A DNA stretch of 57,816 nt, counting the filler, from Jimgerdemannia flammicorona (taxonomy: Eukaryota), in assembly GCA_003990765.1 (NCBI GenBank). It is 2 parts of 2 records of this genome, joined end to end, with 100 filler letters (N's around TTAATTAATTAA, not from the genome) between each part and the next. Parts side by side here need not be neighbours in the genome. Positions count along the whole stretch, not along the records: positions 28,979 to 57,816 come from RBNJ01000539.1; 1 more part is not named here. One strand, 5' to 3'. Below the pieces are notes generated by a model that saw only the letters and a list, made by a program, of their open reading frames with translations, had not been told where the DNA came from and did no database searches. Below, piece after piece: positions 52,297 to 57,816 of the stretch. The position numbers were made by a program, and so were the translations under genes. Position 1 is the stretch's first letter. Every line of letters begins with the position of its first letter.

Positions 52297-55200
52297 CTTT
52301 AAGTGAGAATTTATTCATTGTAGAAGAATAAGATACATCGGAGCAACAAATAGCAAAGACTCCTAAGATGAGAAAAGTAAAACAAGACCAGCGAAGCAAA
52401 CAACTAGCTAAGAAGTACAAGACAAAGGCCAGAGAGGTGACCACCCTATGGATGGGCTGGATAAAACCATTTTGTCACAGCCATAAAGAGAATAAATGTG
52501 AAAAGCAAGAAAAAGAGACTAATTATAATACACATTCGATCGGTGCCAACTACATGAACCGAATTGACAACCAAACACCAAACAATTGATATGAGATGAA
52601 TAACTCAATGCACTCTCAACAATGAGGGAACCAACTGAGGCAAACAAGGGGAGAGAAAGAAATAAAGAAAATGTGCAATTGCTTAATCACCCAAGCATCT
52701 TTGTAATCTCAGTCAGACAGAACCCGACTGTGAGGTGGCCACCAGAATTATACATTGCATCAATGGTATGGTAGGCTGTCTCAAAAAGAGTGTGAAGAGG
52801 GTAGGTGCGAAGTTCCTCCTGTCATTTGTCATTGGTAAACCAGTTGAGTTGTTCATCTCGATCAGGAGAATCTCAGAATATAGAATATGAACTATCGAGA
52901 AGACCTCACCTGAGGAGATGGCCATGATGAAACTTATCTCCACAGGGGCAGGGGTGGGGTTGGCCAAAGTAGCCATAATGCCAGGTAAGGGCAGAATGCA
53001 CAAGCCAGAGAAGGAAGGAGAGGACATGGTCAGTGCCCCGCGACCACAAGCAGCCTTTGGGGGTGATATACCAAATGAGAGCCTGGGAAGAAGAAGCCCA
53101 TTCCTGCAGCAGCTGATCCCGAAGGAAGGACTGGAGAAAGGAGCGGAGCGAGCGAGTCTTGCGGGCCTGGGGACAGAGGTCCCAGTACCAGTTGAGGAAG
53201 TCAAGCCAAGAGGTTCAATGCCAGAACTTGTCAATAATAGAACCTGGGGGATGTGTGACAAAGCGCTCGCTAAGGGGGCCGATGGGGTTGTTGCCAGACT
53301 TACTACACCAATTCAGATGAGCTTGGAATATGCAGCAGAGGTCAGACATATGATGAAGGAAGGAGGGGAGGACAAGAATTGAACTGCCAAGCAAGGGATG
53401 GCCTGAAAATCCGACTGCCCAAGCAACAGCATCATCAAAGACCTGCTTGGGATACTTCAATACCTGAAGCTCTGTGGTGGTAGCTGGGCAGGAGGCTCAT
53501 AGGAGGAGAAGGCCATACTTCAGCTGAGGCCTAATGAATGTCCATAGGATGGCCAGCTTGACTATTGGTGACCAGAGGGGACCACAGGTATGGCAGAATC
53601 CAAGAGTATATTCCACCTTCACTGCATTCTGTAATGTGAGGCTGAAAAATTCAAACCCTTTATTGGTGTATGGTATGCCCAGGTACATATAGGAGGGGGG
53701 TCACAGGTAGAGTTTACCCCCAATCTGTACAGTACAATCAGTAGGACCAATGTAACCACACTTCTTGGGGTTGAGCACCATACTGTTCTCCAGAAGCCAA
53801 ACCTCACAAAAGTCAATTATTCTTTGCCCTTCCGCAGCAGTGCAGGGGGTAAGGGCGATATCACCGGCAAAGAAGAGCCCAATGGGGAAGTCGTACTCCT
53901 TGAATTGTTTATCAAAGGAGGTGGCGAGGGGGTCAATGAAGACATCAAAGAGCCAGAGGGAGAGGAGGGAGCTCTGAAAATGGCCATGCTCAGTGGGGAC
54001 CAAAGGGGTGATAAGGCCATTAACAACCACCTGATAAGAACAGTGATTGAACAGATTTCAGATAATGCTAAAGAGGGCTGCATCAGCACCTCGTGCCTCA
54101 AGTTGAGAAAGAATAAGCTTGAGGGGGACTCGATCATATGACTACTAGAGATCAAGAATGACATGGTGGCCCCATCCTTTAGCCCACATCTCATGTAATA
54201 ACAAGACATGGAGAGAGATGAGAAGCGGGTTCAGAAGCCACCTTGGCAGCGTGACATTTCTGTCAGGCCACTTCGGCTTTTGATGTAACCTTCCAAACAT
54301 CACTCGAAGAGTCTACAAAACATTTCAGTCAGAGCGATAGGGCGAAATCCATCGATCGTGCATGATTCCTCTTTCTTAGGGATTGGGGTGATGATGGCGG
54401 AATTCTAGCAGCAGGGAGTGAGCCCCCAAACCATGCACATCTGGAAGAAGAAGGACAGGGCCTTCGATAGGCTACAGGGGGTGTCATTCTCATCTGCCAT
54501 CACCTGAAGGATCCGGATATGCAAGAAGTCAGCACCATATGCCTTCGAAAGGGGGTAGCTGCAGATAGCCCTCTAAACCACAGACTGGTCAAACCAAGAC
54601 TGCAGTCCAAGAGCACCTATATCAAGAGGGAAGACATCCTCAGAGTCATCAAGATAGAGGGAGGCATTCGGTTGGCCAAAGATAGTGGTAAAGTGAGCAA
54701 CCACATCATCGAACATCGAAATATTAGGGAAGCGAGATTGGAGAAGAGCAGGGGGGGTTGAGCAGTATGCTCACTTAAAGCCATAGATAGCATCCGAGAC
54801 CGAGGATACACTGTGAAGAAGGTCCCACCAAGGGAGTGGCACTGCCCTAATCTCTCTTGTGTTATATAAGCCAAGAATGTCCTCACAAACTGACTATAGA
54901 CCAGAGATCAAAAGAGTATCAAGAGAATCCACGAACTGCTGACGATCTTCCACAGAGCAAAAGCCAGCAACATGGTCTCTGATAGAGTAGATGGACCTGA
55001 TAACAGTATCACAAATGATATCCGCTGATTCCCGAAGGTGAGCTTGAATGATCAAATTGGTCAGGTATCTTGCAGAGTAGTGGCTGATACCAGCCAAGGC
55101 AGCAACTGGCGAGGGGGAGAAGGGGAAGGAGACAGTGAGGAGGGAGAGGTGGTCGGTAGCAACAGGAGGGGTGGAGCAGATGAGAGATGCATGGAGGGAT

Positions 55201-57370
55201 GTGGTGGCGAACATGTGGTCAACACATGTGGATCCAGCCACTGGGGTCAGGTGGTTCAATGACCACATTATCAGAGAGGTATCGATGACATCCATCTGAT
55301 CCTGAGGACCAGAGTTGACATCACTAAGGTGGGCACTGAAGCGGGTATTGATGTTACCAATCAAAAGGGTCATACCCAAAAAGGGTCCAGATACAAGATC
55401 CCGGAAGCCATCAATGGGAAGAGAGGGGGGGGCATAAACCCCAACCAAAGCCAGGCTCTATAATATGAGCTGGATATAGAAGGGGTCAGCGGAGGACCTG
55501 GAAATAAGGTGGGCAAAATGGTTTGACATAAGAACTATGAGACCACCATTCTGATGACCCATGATTCTGTGCAACACTGGAGGAGAGGACATGTGAATGA
55601 GCGGAGAGGGATGCAGTGGAATGTGCCATATTTCACATATCAAAAGAATGTCGAGGGCAGGACCAATCAACTGACTGAGCACATCAAACTTGTCCTGGAG
55701 TAGTCCATGTGCATTGAGGAACCCAACTCTCATTGTGGGCCAGGTGCATTAGTGCCAACAGCGTGGGAAGCACCTGAGGTAGAAGCTTCGGCTTCCAAAT
55801 CCATCACCATCTCACCAGTCATGGCCACAGTACCACCCGCCTTCAAAGCAGGGCCAGCCAATAGGGAGGCAGGGGAGGAGAGAGTAAGGCCGAGTTCCGT
55901 GGCCCAAGCTCGATAGAAGGTCTGTACCTTGGGCCACTTTGCAGTAGCATCACCAGCCAACTGCCAGACCTGAGCAGAGAATGATTAGAGTACCCGTGTC
56001 TTCATGACCTCCATGGCGTCCTTGTTGCGGGGAGCGCAGGGTCTCAGGCTGACAGCATCGAGAACCTGAGCATCTTCATCTTCTTTTGGAATGCCATAAC
56101 ATAATTAGGGCAGAGAAGGAATTTGATGGTCAATGCCGAGATGTACAATATGTTAAGAACTTTTGACAACATCATATAGACGTTGTACAAGTTCTTCCTG
56201 ATCGGCCCGATCTTAAGATGGGCAAACCCGTCAATGTAAACATGCTGCAGCCTAGCACTCTTCTCAGTTAGTGACAAATGAGAGGTTGGCTTGCAGGTCA
56301 TGCATGAAAGGGCTGTAGCAGCAGCTGCGCTTTCCATCTTGGGGTAGGTCTGGGTCCTATTCTTGATAGAGACCTTCTTGGTGGTGGCGGCATATGATTT
56401 GGGGGGGCGGGGGTCAAAGCATAGGATGAAGACAGACCAGCAGCACTGGGACCTGTAGGTGAAACCTGAGGCTCTGGCCTGAGAGCCTTGGCCTTGCCCT
56501 TTTTAGGGGGCGTGGCTTTAGCGGCCTGCTTGTCTGCTCGCTTCTGGGCCATCAACTGCATATTCGCAGCAGGAGCAGTAGGAGGGGGGGCCAAGGACTT
56601 GGTGGGGGCAGATGTGGAAAGGGTGGCAGGGGTACTTCCCAAAGGAGCACCAGATGACGAGGGGGTGGTGGGCGCAGATTGTGCAGCAAGCTGAGCCTTC
56701 AGCTGGGCATTGATCTTGGCCAGTTTGGCCACTTGAGTTAGCAGATCCGAGATCTGCTTCCTCATCGCAGCCATCTCTATGACCAGATCAGGGTCAGCTG
56801 AGGGGCCCGCATGACCGGCAGTCAGGGTCATACCCAAATTAGTGTTTGGGTGACCGCACTTATTCTGATTGAGGAGTGGGGGCATGGGAGAGAAGGGAGG
56901 GTATGGGTGTTATGGTCTGAATCGGAAGAGATCATGATCTCTTCATTATCTTCCACATCACACAGAGAAGATAAATATGCTGATATTGGTCATGCATCCC
57001 CGCACGACCTGCATATCACCGTAAGGCTACCCTCACTGAAGCCGAGGGAGAGAAGACCAATGCTGTGACATTCCGTATAGTGAAGAGAGGCGCTGAAGCA
57101 CGCGAAGAGGTGAGTGGTGCTGCCGTCATCACCGATGATGGAGGAGGTGGCCGACATTGCTGAATTAGGCAGAGGTATGTTTGTTTGTATTTGTGAAATT
57201 GTGAAACGTGGGTCATGTGACCTTTGTTTGTACAACAAAAAAATAATAAGGAAAGGGGGTATTTATACCTGATGAGAGGCTTAGCTAATCAAAGTGACTG
57301 CTTTCTTAATTTGGAATAGCTTTGGGCCATAAAGCCGAGACTAGCCAAATGGGGAAATCCTGTGAGTGGC
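52297..57370 (-). mobile_element. Telomeric LINE unit 7 (full length, ~5.07 kb, lightly mutated); ORF1 57157-55730, ORF2 55733-52687
   Basis: Same motifs as unit 6. Flanked by TTAGATTAGG (52287-52296) and TAGGGTTAGG (57371-57380). Confidence 0.95.
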
Positions 57371-57380
57371 TAGGGTTAGG

Positions 57381-57788
57381 CTTCAAGTAAGAATTTATTC
57401 ATTGTAGAGAAGATAAGATACATCAGAGCAACAAACGGCAAGGACTTCTAAGATGAGAAAAGCAAAACAAGGCCAGCGAAGTGAACAACTAGCTAGGAAG
57501 TACAAAAACAAAGGCCAGAGAGGTGACCACCCTATGGGCGGGCTGGATAAAACTGTTTTGTCATAGCCATAAAGATAATAAATGCAGAAAGTAAAGAAAA
57601 GAAATTCTAAGATAAAATATATATTTGCCTGGCACCAATTACAAGAACCATATCAACACCCAAATATCAAGCGGCTCACATGAGATGAATAACTCAATGC
57701 ACTCTCAATAACAAGAGGAACCAATCAGGCAAATGAGGGGAAAGAGAGAAATAAAGAAAATGTGCGATCACTCAATCTTCTAAGCATC
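57381..57788 (-). mobile_element. Telomeric LINE unit 8 (3' UTR only, cut by a poly(T) run at the contig end)
   Basis: Starts CTTCAAGTAAGAATTTATT. Matches the unit 6/7 3' UTR up to the ORF2 stop region, then ~T29. Confidence 0.9.
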
Positions 57789-57816
57789 TTTTTTTTTTTT
57801 TTTTTTTTTTTTTTTT

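Noticed and set aside
52918..53382. 154-aa + strand ORF and similar + strand ORFs across the array
   Set aside because: Antisense shadows of LINE ORF2, broken in other units, with no recognisable motifs.
57269..57345. Hammerhead-like CTGATGAG...AAGCCGAGAC near the LINE 5' end
   Set aside because: It is antisense to the element and has no GAAA core. Unit 6 reads CCGATGGG, so CTGATGA is a mutation product.
31597..57380. Repeat-spacer pattern as a CRISPR-like array
   Set aside because: The repeats are telomeric hexamers and the spacers are kb-scale homologous LINE copies. The context is eukaryotic and there are no cas genes.
29388..57788. Assignment of the array to MoTeR, Penelope-like Coprina/Athena, or telomerase
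   Set aside because: ORF2 begins with a clear AP endonuclease and has a LINE-type RT plus a separate ORF1. I see no REL, GIY-YIG or TERT motifs.

Overview
The window is entirely eukaryotic transposable-element DNA, most likely fungal (TTAGGG repeats, a chromovirus, RIP-like C>T/G>A decay). I find no host genes. It is two contigs of about 28.9 kb joined by an artificial N44-TTAATTAATTAA-N44 linker (28879-28978), so the halves may be unlinked. Left half: a deeply nested retroelement cluster. An old + strand Ty3/gypsy (C) hosts a chromovirus (D) and a dUTPase-bearing Ty3/gypsy (B). A second copy of that family (A) sits in the TATA box of B's 3' LTR. D carries an L1-like LINE and a 1.19-kb poly(A) retroposon with a 17-bp TSD. 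The A/B family is unusual: gag-PR-dUTPase-RT-RH in one frame, integrase as a separate overlapping ORF, and ~1.5-kb LTRs whose U3 holds a ~280-codon orphan ORF. Right half: a head-to-tail array of at least 8 copies of a ~5.1-kb AP-endonuclease non-LTR retrotransposon. Copies have no poly(A) tail, are separated only by TTAGGG repeats, and all point 3' toward the centromere side. Decay decreases from left to right. This looks like a telomere-targeting, possibly telomere-building, retrotransposon system. Coordinates were read by eye; boundaries in decayed regions are approximate.
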